DNA of 64,000 nt, from contig CM121342.1 in the NCBI GenBank assembly GCA_051530055.1, positions 15,019,480 through 15,083,479 on the forward strand. Direction: 5' to 3'. The position numbers and the translations under genes were made by a program. Under the pieces are notes generated by a model. The model saw only the letters and a program-made list of their open reading frames with translations, was not told where the DNA came from and searched no databases. Positions 47,749 through 59,679 of the stretch are shown in pieces; within the stretch, counting starts at the first letter, position 1, and every line of letters starts with the position of its first letter. The DNA comes from Neoechinorhynchus agilis (taxonomy: Eukaryota > Animalia > Acanthocephala).

Positions 47749-48437
47749 GTAATCCAAGACCTTGATTTCCCTAAAACATTCAATGCGTCTTAAAATGCAG
47801 CCAACGCAAACATTTCCTTACAGCTATTTAATTCCAATATTGAACAATAATGCTGTTTTCAATTCTCAGCCAAATAACAATGAGACTCCTAAACTAAAAA
47901 CTGTCTACATTTTTGTAAGCAGTACAAAAAAGTTGCGCAATTTCTTTAATTTCCCTTTTGTAAGTGAATAATCGGACTAGAAAAAAAATTTTCATCTTAC
48001 CCTACTCCGCAGAATGTCATTCTCATCCGACATTACGAAATTCCGTTTTCTAGCAATCTCACCACCATGGTTTTGCAGCACCGTCAATCATTTTTTGCAT
48101 AAGAACTTCCAAACTACTTGGCTTGCTTCTGTGGTGTATCTCTCTCGACATAATCACGCATAGATTCTTTACGGGGCTGATCACGCCGAGTTTCGCTTTT
48201 GATGTATTCGTTATCTTAGCGATTCCGAGTATTAGATAGTGCACTCGTTTAGTTGCCATGTTGGATCTGTAATCTCTGCCTGACTTCGCTAACGGTGCTC
48301 CTAAATGTTTGATCCCTCTTACATCCTTGATTCATACTCAAAATAATCAAGCACTTCTTTGAATATTGATATCGCCATAATCAATTTTAGGTTTTCGGGG
48401 ATCGAGACCACATACGATTACACCTCGATTTCAGAAA

Positions 48438-49629
48438 ATGATCAGTTTATTTCGATTATCGGCTATCACGCAACCCGGTGTGCTTCACGCTATCGCATCC
48501 AGAGCTTGTTCAAGCCATGCCACTAAAACAGTATCCGCTGTTGGTGTGACCAGCTCAACTGCAAAACTGGAGCCTTTAAAAATATCTAGGCGAGCTCTTG
48601 ACAATGACGACGTTGGAATCGATATTCAATATTGCGGAATTTGCCATACTGATCTGCATTGTATGCACAACGAATGGAAAGACAGCGGTGTACCCATAAG
48701 CTATCCGTTTGTGCCGGGCCATGAGATCCTTGGAAAAGTCAGTGCAGTCGGCAGTAATGTCAAGACGGTGAAGGTTGGTGATCAAGTAGGAGTGGGATTC
48801 TACGTTGATTCTTGTACCACATTGTATTCCTTTTAAGAATGCGTTGGGAACACAATGATTTAAAGAATGTGAGTTTTGCAAAGCCGGACACTCACAATAC
48901 TGTCCACATCGAACATTTGTGTTCAATACGCCTTATGAAAAGGACAAGCCCGAACCGTACACTTATGGAGGATTCAGCAAATATATTGTAACCGATCATC
49001 GATACATCAATACGGTTCCAAAGAATTTAGACATGAAACGGGCACCACCTTTATTGTGTGCCGGTGTCACTGTATTTTCACCTTTGAAACTATGGAATGT
49101 GGGAAAAGGCACTCGTCTTGGGATTTACGGTGTCGGTGGACTCGGCCATTTAGCCGTGAAACTCGGAGCTGCAATGGGCGCGGAGGTTTCAGTTCTCAGT
49201 AGATCAGATAAAAGACGAAGTGAAGCTAAAAGACTTGGTGCTCATGATTATGTTGTAACCAATTCACCAGACGATGTTGCGAAGCGATCAGGATATTTTG
49301 ATGTGATTTTGGACTGTGTTAGCGCTCCACATGATATCGATTCTCTTATTAATATGCTGCGCAATCGTGTTGGAACCTTGGCCATGGTCGGTTTACCGGA
49401 TCAACCACTCAATTTCAGAGTCCATGATTTGGCTTTCGGATCAAAAAAGATTGGCGGAACTTTAGTAGGCAGCATTGCGGAAGCACAAGAAGTTCTTGAC
49501 TTTTGCGCGGAACACCAGGTCTATCCGGATGTAGAAGTCATCGAAATGAAAGATGTAAACGATGCAATGAAAAGATTGGCCAAAAGCGATGTTAAGTACC
49601 GATTTGTTATTGACATGTCCACGTTTTGA
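48438..49629 (+). CDS. Zn- and NADP-dependent alcohol dehydrogenase, CAD/AdhC/YahK type; exons 48438-48816 and 48863-49629 (381 aa)
   Basis: YCGICHTDLH, PFVPGHEILGKV, DSC|KECEFCKAGHSQYC, YGGFSKYIV, APPLLCAGVTVFSPL, GVGGLGHLAVK, DVKYRFVIDM; about 27-aa presequence-like N-terminal extension. Confidence 0.93.
48817..48862. other. Non-canonical intron or IES-like insertion in ADH (46 nt)
   Basis: tgTA|CCA-CATTGTATTCC-loop-GGAACACAATG-ATT|TAaag; 10/11-bp arms; removal restores the structural Zn motif C-K-E-C-E-F-C. GT-AG alternatives give TAA or a frameshift. Confidence 0.85.
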
Positions 49630-50479
49630 AATGGAAAAATCGGTGAAGGCCAATAAAGAGTCCGGTTAGTGGAAGAGTTTTGGTTGTGACATTTTGTTTT
49701 CATTAAGTCCTTTAATCGTTTCGCAGAATAACAAATGCATCCGAATTTTTCAGTCATCGGTCAGAATTTAATAAGATGTTTTATACGCAAAACTTAATCC
49801 AATGAACTAGTTCCACCTCATGAATATAAAAAATAAGCTGCGTTCAATTTTATCACGTGAGTAAAAATGTCACTCAATGCAATTTCAGTTGCCACAAAAG
49901 GAGTATTTTCTTCACGAAACGTAGGAATGCGTTCAACCAACTCAAGTAAAATCTTTAATGCAGGTTTTTGTAAATGTTATTATTGTATTTGCGATGTACA
50001 GTAGAACGAGTCGTTACCACTCCATATCCGCTTCAGAATTTAATGGGCACTTTCTACTTTCATTGTTTTTGTCCTCATCTTTATCGATTTCTTCGTCATC
50101 GCACTATTGACCCGAATCGAAAGCACCTTTAAGCCCATTTGGGCCTAGTAAAACACTAATATAAGCTCATATAGATGACAAAAATATATCCTGATTGTTG
50201 TATTAACCAAACTGGGTTTTTAATTCGCGCAGTTAATTCACACACACAACACAAGATTTATTCATCATGTTAAACATGTAGATGGAATCTTAACTAAATC
50301 ATGAAATCCAACGTTCAGTACGAGAAGAAGAAACTCCTCAACTCTTCGACCCATGGAAACGGCAGGGAATCTAAATGTCGATGGAAAGATTCGACAAAAA
50401 CAGTCTTTTGTTCTGGGAAGGCGACATCTTGAGGAAAGTACTGGGCCGGGGATACCCCAATTGCATTCAAACCTAGTTT

Positions 50480-50910
50480 CAACGCTCGTTTTTTTTTGTT
50501 TTTTTTTAGATCGTCATACAGTTTTCTATTTGGTTACTTTTCTTTACATTCACCACCTCTTAGCTATTTTGTTGCCTAATTTGAGAAGTTTTTTCATCTT
50601 ATTAATATCAGTTTTTTGGGACGGATTAACTGTAAACGTGTGCCCTAGAATACATAAATTAAGAGACGTGTTGATGTTGTCCGCTCTCGTATCCATCAAA
50701 GGGTTCATCAGATTATTAAAAAGGGATTTGACAGCTCTGTGGGCAGAAGTGACAAAAGTTAAGCCGTCCGCGTAAAAGGTGAGCAAAACGCGAATTTTGA
50801 AATTCTTAACTATATATTGTGATGTTTAAAAAAACAAGATTGGGGAAAGTGGTGATCCTTGTGGGACACCATTGATCGGATAAAAAAGTGATTTCGAATC
50901 ATCATCCTAA
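50480..50910 (-). mobile_element. RT fragment of the same LINE family as 52000-59480
   Basis: INGVPQGSPLSP, FYADGLT, ILGHTFTVNPSQKTDINKMKKL. Confidence 0.75.
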
Positions 50911-51399
50911 TAATAAATAATAACACGTTTTATCAGAAAGAAAGTCACAATGAAGAGAACCCATGGAACAAATGGATCTTTGTTTCGGGAATAGATGTCC
51001 AGTTTGTCCATAGAAGCGCGCCGGCACTTCGGCGAATCCGGTCGAGAACTGGACGTCATGCCTGAAACTTTTCCAGCATCGTCCTTGATGTGTACGTATG
51101 CGCCGAGGAAGTCCATGGACAAAAATCGTTGACAAGATTCAATTTGCACTTGAAGCAACGTGGTTTGTGAAATAATCAGCGAATGATGTTTGATCGATGA
51201 CAATTGCAGGGATATGGAAAACTGAACGGTCTTTTCGTCAAGGTTTTACGGGGCCACACCATGTTAAAAGCAGGACTGAGAGTGCCACAGCATAGGTTTG
51301 TGTTCAAAGACCAGGTAGAAATATCTATCTCCGCGGTACCACTTATGCCCCGGACGGTTGAAAGGGGAAGGAATGGCGTTATCGCAGACAATGCGACAG

Positions 51400-51640
51400 C
51401 GAGTTCCGCCCCGTGTATCTTTGGTTGCCGAAGTATAGTTGGTTGTGCTCTTTCCTTCGATTCAGTTACTATTTAAATATGACTGAGCAGCAGGAAAGAA
51501 GGAATGAACTTGTTGGTTCGCGATTTGTACGGTTTGAAGGAGGATGGATTGCGCGTTCTATGAGGGTGGGTAATATGGGGAGCGAATCGCGGCGGATGGG
51601 ACATCAGGCGTTTGCTCTGCTTTGTGAAAATTGTTAAAAA
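51400..51640 (-). mobile_element. Short L2/CR1-type 3' fragment
   Basis: Minus strand C/T-rich and resembles the tail of 1925-3700. Confidence 0.45.
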
Positions 51641-51649
51641 GACTAATAA

Positions 51650-51960
51650 AAAGAAACGCAGTTATCGAAATCGCCGGTGGTGCCGCCAGTGCAGCGGAAG
51701 GGAGGAAAATACGGAAATATCTTCACTTATCGAGGGCTCACTATTTTGTCCCCTTTGGGGTAGAGACGTATGGAGCGCTCGGCAGCTCGGCACTCTCTCT
51801 GCTCCAGGATCTCTCGAAGAAATTGAGAGGCAACCGGAGACAAGAGCAGGCGTATTCCTTCGACAAAATATCTCGCTAGCAGTACAACGGAGCAATGTTG
51901 CCAGCGTGATGGCGACGGTCGAGGAAGGACAAAAGCTGGAATTCTGCGGGAGGTGGTGAG
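51650..51960 (+). mobile_element. CRE-clade 3' fragment
   Basis: AASAAEGRKIRKY...HYFVPFGVETYGALG...ISLAVQRSNVASV. Confidence 0.85.
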
Positions 51961-51999
51961 TGTGTTAATTGTCGAGAAATGAAGATTGATTGAATAAAT

Positions 52000-54900
52000 A
52001 GCTCCTGGTTAAAAAAACTACAACAACAAAAATGATTTATTCGAAAAGGACGACGATGTATTGTAGGGTTGCGATAAAGATTCCTTGTAAGTGAGACGGA
52101 AGCGAAAAGAGTTGAGCGTTACAACTGTCAGTTGGAGATCCGCTTTCGACTTCGGTCAGCCCAGTCCGATGTGTGTGTCCAAGGATAAGGGAGTTTTGCG
52201 GGATTGCTAAGAAAGGTGCTTTGGAAGATCTGACGTTGTTCCGGTGGTCGGCCACGAGAAAAAAAGACTGGGCCTGCTATCGCCCAGGAATTCCATATGC
52301 TACGACAATGTTTTATCGCCAAGGCCGAGGCGGAATGCACGCTTCGCCGTGACTGCGGCGACTTTTAGTAGCTTTTAAGTTTGGAGATATCCGGTTTCGG
52401 TGAAAACTTATTGGTGAATGTGTAACCCAAAATATTGAGTTTCCTTGGGATGGTGCCAACCTCCTGATTGAAAAAACTGTAAAATGTTCGCCTTAGGATC
52501 TTTTTCCCAAGGGAGGACTTGGAATTAATTAAGAATTGAGATTTGTGAGGATTGAGGTTAAGCCCCATATGATGTAGAATATTAGTTAGAAAAGACAAAA
52601 GAGAAAGTCTTTTCCGCGTCCTTAAATAATTGCCTTCCTTGATTACTGCAGTCAGATCGTCAGCATAGAAAGAAATAGAATTGCAGACCTTACAATTCTG
52701 GACAATGTATTGCGTAGCGAAACAAAAGAGAATAGGGGACAAAGGTGACCCTTGCGGTACACCTTTGTGCAGAAATTATGTACGATGAAGGTGATCATCT
52801 TGAAAAAAAAGGACTTTGAAACAAGGATGTTATGAATCCTGGAGATGATGTTAAAGGGGAAATTAAAATATTTATGAATTTTAATGATGAATTCGATATT
52901 TATATTGTCGAAGGTTTCTGAAATATCAAACGAAGTTAAAATATTAGTTGAGCAGAGATTATTATAGAAATTCTCCGATATTTCCTCGATGGCGGAATGT
53001 ACTGATTTATTGGGCAAAAATCCATGACAACGTGGATCGATACAACGGTGTTCCGGAGCGAATTCCAACACAAAACGAGCCAATGCTCGTTCATAAATTG
53101 ACACGAGAGAATTTTGTATTGCAATGGATCTAACATCTTTGGCAGATGTTATTTTCCGTCGTTTATTTTTAACTGAAAAAATTCGCTCAGCCGTATTGAT
53201 GGTGGCTTATTGTTGTGGGTTAGCGTGAATCATAGCCTTAGCTATGAACTCGATATTCTCAATGGATAACACATTAGTAGCTTTAAAAGGAGCGGATGCG
53301 TTGTTTGAAGACGTTTTATTTTTGGATCCCCAGTATTTTATGATGTATTCATATGAGAGATAGAGCCTGCGCCTCTTAATAGGCAAGAAGGACAAGGCTA
53401 ATGGTGAACCAGAACAGCCCAAGGAATGTTCATGACAGAGCGACTCTGTAACCGCTTTCGAATTTACTTCCCTAATCCAATTGGACGCAGCCGTATGCCG
53501 GAAAAGAAACTTCTTGGCAGCAATGTGCCACCACTGTGACGAATAAGGAAGCAACGAGCGGATTTGATTTTTTTCACGGTCAAGCTGGTGGCGGGCACGG
53601 CATGGCCAATATAATGAAGACCACAATTTAGCAAGCATAGTGTCTCCGATACTGTTGGCCTTGAAGAGTTCCTTCCCGCAGAGAGCTGGTAGATGTGGTC
53701 TATCTTTGCCTGCGATGAATCTGGTAATTGATAACAGAAAAGAGTTACTGGAATCCGCTGAATAGTCATTTAAATCACCTAGAGACACATTCTTACAACA
53801 TGCAAAAAAAGAGAGAAGTGGATGTATTAAACAATAGAATGTTCAGAAACGACACTTTATAACGTCTGTTTAAAAGCAAATTCTTAGAGAAGTCCCAAAT
53901 GAGAGTGTCATGCCCTAAGATAAGAAATAAAGCAGATTGTGATATAACTGTTGGCTTCAAGACAGACAACTTATTTGCCAGACAAAGGTCCAGCGAGGAG
54001 CTGCGATTAGACGCAGAAAACGTGGGATATGGAGCGGCCAAAATCACATGTGAATCGTTGACGTGAACAACGGCTCGAATCCATTTGCCTGATGGACCGT
54101 TGAAGTCTCCGAACAGGAAATCGACACCGGATGAAAGCAGGTCCTTCAGGATCGCCTTGTTATGAGGTAAATGAATCTTGTTAGGGCGTACGTAGAAATT
54201 ACCAAGTAGAGCGACTCTACCTTGAACATGGATAGAGAAAATTGCGTAGGAGAGATCAAGAGAGACGAAGCTGGAGACGAGGGAGGGCAAAGGATGAAGT
54301 TTGAAAATGGAGAGGAGACCCTGGGAGTTCGGGCTGGCAGGAGGGGTTAAAGATAGAAGAGACAGACGTCAGGGACTTGAGGCTTACCGGTAGGTATTCA
54401 CGAGTATAGATGCGTTTAGTCTCCTGAATGGAGACTATCTCATACTTATGTGCCTCAGCCAAAATTTTAGGAATTCCCAGGCGACCACCAGAGTTCCATT
54501 GCACCAACCTTAGTTCGGTCATAAACCGATTCTCGCCTTTTTGATGACGTCCGCTGAACCCCCGGAGCATATCTGTTTTTGCTCCTCGATCACTTGACGA
54601 ACGAACACCTCGTTCATATCCACATCATCGTCACTCGCGGAAAGATTGCTTGAACAAATCGGCGTACGCAGATACTGTAATGGGAGTCTCGGTTGATACA
54701 TTGTTTTAGAGACGCGGAGAGGGCTTCGAAATGTCTCTCAAGCCGTTTCTCGAAGTTTTGAATCGCTGAAGAGATGCGCAAATCAACCATCTTCAGGATG
54801 TTGGATGAAAAAGCGTTCAGAACCTGGTCGAGGTGATGCGGGATGCTGGGTGCAGAATGAACGTATTCAATGGGTTGCGAAGTTGACTGAACCGTGATGT

Positions 54901-55880
54901 CGGATCTGATCGAGCCGGACATTGAGCCCGTAGAAGCGTGCTTAGTGCCATAAAGGGGTTGCCGTTAAAGAGATTCCTTTGGCTTCCTGGAATGTGTCGA
55001 TGCGGATTGGGTTTGAGCCCATTTTACGTAATTTTTGAAAGTTGTACATGTTCTGGAAAATGCGCAAAGCCCATCTTTGCCACAATTAGCGCATTTTTTA
55101 GATTTGCGCGCACAATTCGCGCTTGAATGCTATCCTGCACAGTATGCACAAATACATCGTTTTTACGGACATTGCTGAGCCCAATGCCCCATTGCTGACA
55201 CCCAGCACATCGAGGAAAGATGTAGTTGTCCAGTATCGAAATTTCGTTTACGGTGAAAATTATTTCCATCGATTGGAAAAAGCATCTTTTGGTTAATAGC
55301 GCATCCCTTGTCCCGATGTCAGCCTTCACGACTGCCTTGAAATCGGAAGTCCGTTGTTCCGACACTTGAGGAAAAACAGGACTTTGCAGCCAACCTTTGT
55401 TTCAAAAGCTTATCGACCTCTTCGATATCTGGAGATAGCCCAGACACTAGAAATGTTGAATCACAAGAGTTGTTTGTTGGGACTTTTAATCGATTCCAAA
55501 TAGCATTGGTGTTTACGTTTATAGATATCATTGGATAGATGAAAGAAAAAGGCCATGGAACGAAATGCATTTTATATAGTATATCCTGTGATTGAATCGG
55601 GTTCGAAACAATCGAGATGGAGTGTGGCCATTTTTGTAATGGAGGGTTAAGTAGATGGGATCCGTTGGGTTTTCAACTGATTTTGTTTCGAGAAGTATGG
55701 GTTTAGGTATAGATTTATCGCTATGATCCATGGAGTTTTTATCATTGAGAAATAGCTTAATATCTCCCGGAATACTATTCCGGACCTCCTGAGGTACAGG
55801 AATTCTCAGAGAAGTGAGTGATCGTATGCCACCCTCCGCTTCAGCGCTCAACGATAACATTCGAGTTTTTGAACCCCCTC
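52000..55880 (-). mobile_element. Near full-length disrupted LINE (ORF1 with three zinc knuckles; ORF2 APE and RT), copy 1
   Basis: ORF1 from ~55860 (RIPVP...FPRCAGCQQWG); ORF2 from 54522 MTELRLVQWNSGG...IQETK, LFGDFNG, GFLPNKS, SFDISETFD, FYADDL; AATAAA at 52041-52036; frameshifts. Confidence 0.9.
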
Positions 55881-55888
55881 AAAAAAAA

Positions 55889-58800
55889 TTTATTCGTCAA
55901 AGGCAAACCATGGATCGACTACTGTCGCTGAATAACCAAAGCAACATTCTATAGTTAAGTATCCGTTTTTTTTATTTGAGGTCACAATCCGATCCACTGC
56001 ATGGATTTGTTGGCCCAGTCTGCTGAGGAAATCCACTCAAAGGGTAGTCTAGACAGGGTTTTCAAGAAAACACAGCGGAATTTTAGGCGTTGTTCTGGAG
56101 GCCTTCCTCTGGAATAAAAAACTAGGCCTGAAATAGCCCAAGAGCACCATATTACTTTGCATATCTTGGCGCTAAGCCCAATACGAGCGGCACGTCTCGC
56201 CTTAACTCTGACTGTCTGTAAAAGTTTTTTCATCTTGTGTATATCGGAGGCGGGCGAGAGGTTATTAGTGAAAGTATAACCTAAAATATCAAGCTTCTTA
56301 TAAGCAGGGTCGAAATCTAACCCACAAAAATCCTTGATATAATCCCGGATGTTCTTCTTACCCACTCGAGATTTAGATTTTATTAAAAATTTCGCCTTCT
56401 TTTGATTCAAAGAGAGACCCATTTGAGGTAGGTGGGATTTTAGAAAGTTCAGCACGGCAGCCAGTTTCGCACGTGCTCTCAAATAATTTAACTCTTTGAT
56501 AACTACAGTAAGGTCATCGGCGTACATAGTGACGCTACGACAAATCGTGCAATTTTTAATCAAAAATTGAGTTGCCAAGCCAAAAAGTATGGGTGATAAA
56601 GGTGAACATTGAGTAACCCCTTTGGGTTGATGGAATATAGACCTTGATGGATCATCTGCGAATGAAAATTCGTTTACATTTCAGGATGTTGTTCACCCTA
56701 GCAATTATATTAAAAGGAAAACAAAAAAATCTTAAAATATTCACCATAAAAGCAATGTCAATATTATCAAAAGCTTTAGAAATATCGAAAGAGATAAGAA
56801 TGTTTGTTGACTTGGGGTGACTAAAAAGGTTATCGATTATTTGAGCAATTGCAGTATGAACAGATTTCCCTGGGAGGAAACCATGACAGCGCTCATCAAT
56901 AAGGTGATGTTTAAAAGAAAAATCCATTATAATTTTGGCCAAAACTGGCTCGTATATGGAAACAAACGAATTCTGAATGGAGATAGGTCTCACATCACTA
57001 GGTGAAGAAACAACCCTACCTTTTTTACAGAGAAATATTCTTTTCGCTATGTTTATCTGAGACCATTTATCAGAAGACGCTGCCACCATGTGATCAGCTA
57101 AGGAAGTGATATTTGCTTGATTGAGAACGTTGGTGGCTTTGAAACAGGGGGAAGAACCATTGTTCGATGTAAGATTTCTTGAACCCCACCAAATGATAAA
57201 ATCATTCCAACGTAAATCAAAACGACGAGGCTTAATTTGAATAAAATTATTGAAGACCGGGACATTACTTGCTCCATTGCAATGTTCAATGCAAAGAGCG
57301 CGAATAACATTGTCGCATCCCGAGGTTTTAACCCAACTCGCTGCGGCCCTTTTCCAGGGACAAAATCTTTTTAGTGCAACGAAATGCAACCAAGGAGAGG
57401 AATAAGGCATAAAATGGCTACTTCGCTTACTGTCGCAAGCTATTTGAAATCGAGTTCTACAGGGCCAGTATAAAGAGGACCAAAACTTAATCGACTCCCG
57501 ATCATCGATTGCCTTAGCCATAAAAAGTTGTCTGTCATACAGAGAAAGTACTTTTGGTTTCTGCATTTTCGACCCGATACTTCTCGTGGCCGTTGTTAAA
57601 ATCGAGTCACTAGCTGTGACCACAAATTCATTTAAGTCCTTTAGCTGATCAAAAGCGCCAAAAGTGAAAGCCAAATTTATGGCAGCGTTAAAGATGTTGA
57701 TGTTAAGTGCACTAAACTTAAATCTACGGCTCAACAGAATATTTCGTCCCAAATCCCACACTAAGATATCGTGTCCAGCAATACGGAAATTTGATGATTG
57801 AGAAACCAGTTTGGGTTTAACGAATGAGTTAATTCGAGCAAGACACAAATCTAGAAAGGAATGAGACCTGCCGTCGGTAAACGTGGGGTCCACAGGGACA
57901 ATAAGGTCGTGGGTCTCATCCGAATGTAAAATGGCCTTTATCCATTTGTGAGAAGGGTCGTTGAAATCTATGAAGCAAAAGTCAATTCCGGATGCTAAAA
58001 CATTATTTAATAAGATCTTTATTATGAGTGAGGTGTATTTTCCTAGGTTTAATATAGAAATTACCTAAGAGCAATTTCCTCCCCAAGAAACGTATTGAAA
58101 ATAAAGCGTAAGACAAATCTGGGGAAGTAAACTCGGAAATTAGGGTTGGTTGGAGGCAAGTTTTAAAAATGGATAATAAGCCTTGCGAGTAGTTTAAAAG
58201 GGGTTTTGTACAAAATAAAGAATATTCATTAGATAAAATATTAAAACTATTCGGGAGGTTGTTAAGAGAGTACAGCGACTTAATTTCTTGGATAAAAGTA
58301 ATATCACTTCTCTGTGCTTCAGACAAAAGGCCAGGAATACCCAGAAGCCCGCCTGCGTTTCACTGTGCAATTCTCAATTCCATTGAGACCTACCCTTGAT
58401 GAGATTTTGGACCCCGTCAGCACAAACCTGGGTTTGTTCGCTTATGATGTTGCTCACGAACTCCTCGGCCTCGTAACATCTTTGGATGTACCCAGTTGTT
58501 GCCTTGGGTATGTTTTTATGGTTGTATTGGTTGTTGCAGATCCTCTTATGGGTTTGTCCTTTGTCCTATTCCAACTATTCTGGGCAACTCGAGTGTCGGA
58601 TGAATTATTTCCCTTGGATCAAAGCAGTCTCGCCCACACAACATATTCCTTAAATGCTTCACAATTCTTCGAGAACGCACAATGACCATCTCGATCGCAG
58701 TTTGAGCAGTGCCTTTTCTTTTTGTCACATTTGGTACTGTGGTGGTCTTGGCCACAAAAAGCGCATCGCGTCACCTTGGACGGGCACCTCTGCTCCCAAT

Positions 58801-59480
58801 GTCCCCAACATTGACACCCACTGCACCGAGGAAAGTAATAGTCGTCGAAACACGAAATCTCGTTTGAAGTAAATTTAACCTCCATGGATTGGAAGAAGGA
58901 TCGCTCAGTGCAAAGTGCGTCCCTCCGTTCGACCGCAGCTTTTACAATAGCTTTGACAATAAACTTCCCCGTTCTTAATGACTTCAGGAAAAAGAGCAAT
59001 TTGACTCTGAATTTTTCCTCGAACGTTATCTTATCTGCATCATCAATATCTGGAGAGAGCCCAGAAACGACAAAGGTTGATTCATAACTTGTGTTCGAAA
59101 TTGTCACACCTGCAAAGTTGCAGTTTTTCTTGATGAAAGTCAGAAAAGCCTTCATAAAATCCGCTGCTATAGACCTGATTTTCAATATTCCTCCGAAATA
59201 GCTGATAGATGAAATACGATGGATATCATCCTTAGAGGATTTGAGCCACGGAGCCAGATAACGTCTGTGTAGCTCTTCTCTAGGTTGTATTGGATTTGCT
59301 TCGATTCTTATCGTATTGGGACATCTTTTAGAAAGCACGTCCACGAAATGCTTACTATTTTGATCGCTGAGAAGTTGATTCCGAATGTCCGGAGGCACGG
59401 GAATTCTCAGAACATTGGATGGCCGTTCGCCACCCTCCACCGCAACAGCTTGTTGCGCACACATTTTTTGAACCCCTCAC
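55889..59480 (-). mobile_element. Near full-length disrupted LINE of the same family, copy 2
   Basis: Intact 281-aa ORF1 59464-58619 (CSGCQCWGHWEQRC, CAFCGQDHHSTKC, CSNCDRDGHCAFSKNC); ORF2 from 58383 with stops; RPISIQN, GFLPGKS, SFDISKAFD, MYADDL; ends ...WIGL* at 55982; AATAAA at 55894-55889. Confidence 0.92.
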
Positions 59481-59679
59481 TACCACAACACGCATAATGT
59501 CCATTGGTGCGCGATATCGATCTGGCCTACGTCACACTGACCAATATCTTCTTCAAAAGCAAGCATCTAAGTCCCATCATAATCACTCTCCAGACTTTCC
59601 CCGTTTACAAGTAGCTCCAATTAACAAAATACTTGTTGCCCGCAAAAACTTTCTTTGATTCAAAATTCATTCAGGTGGC

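Noticed and set aside
48059-48259. 66-aa minus-strand ORF divergent from ADH
   Set aside because: No recognisable motif; candidate splice sites give an implausibly short intron.
24631-49629. Stop-codon reassignment or readthrough as the explanation for broken genes
   Set aside because: Most interruptions shift the frame and add sequence with no homology, while Sec61a, ADH, VPS41 and DGCR6 end at expected positions with TAA or TGA.
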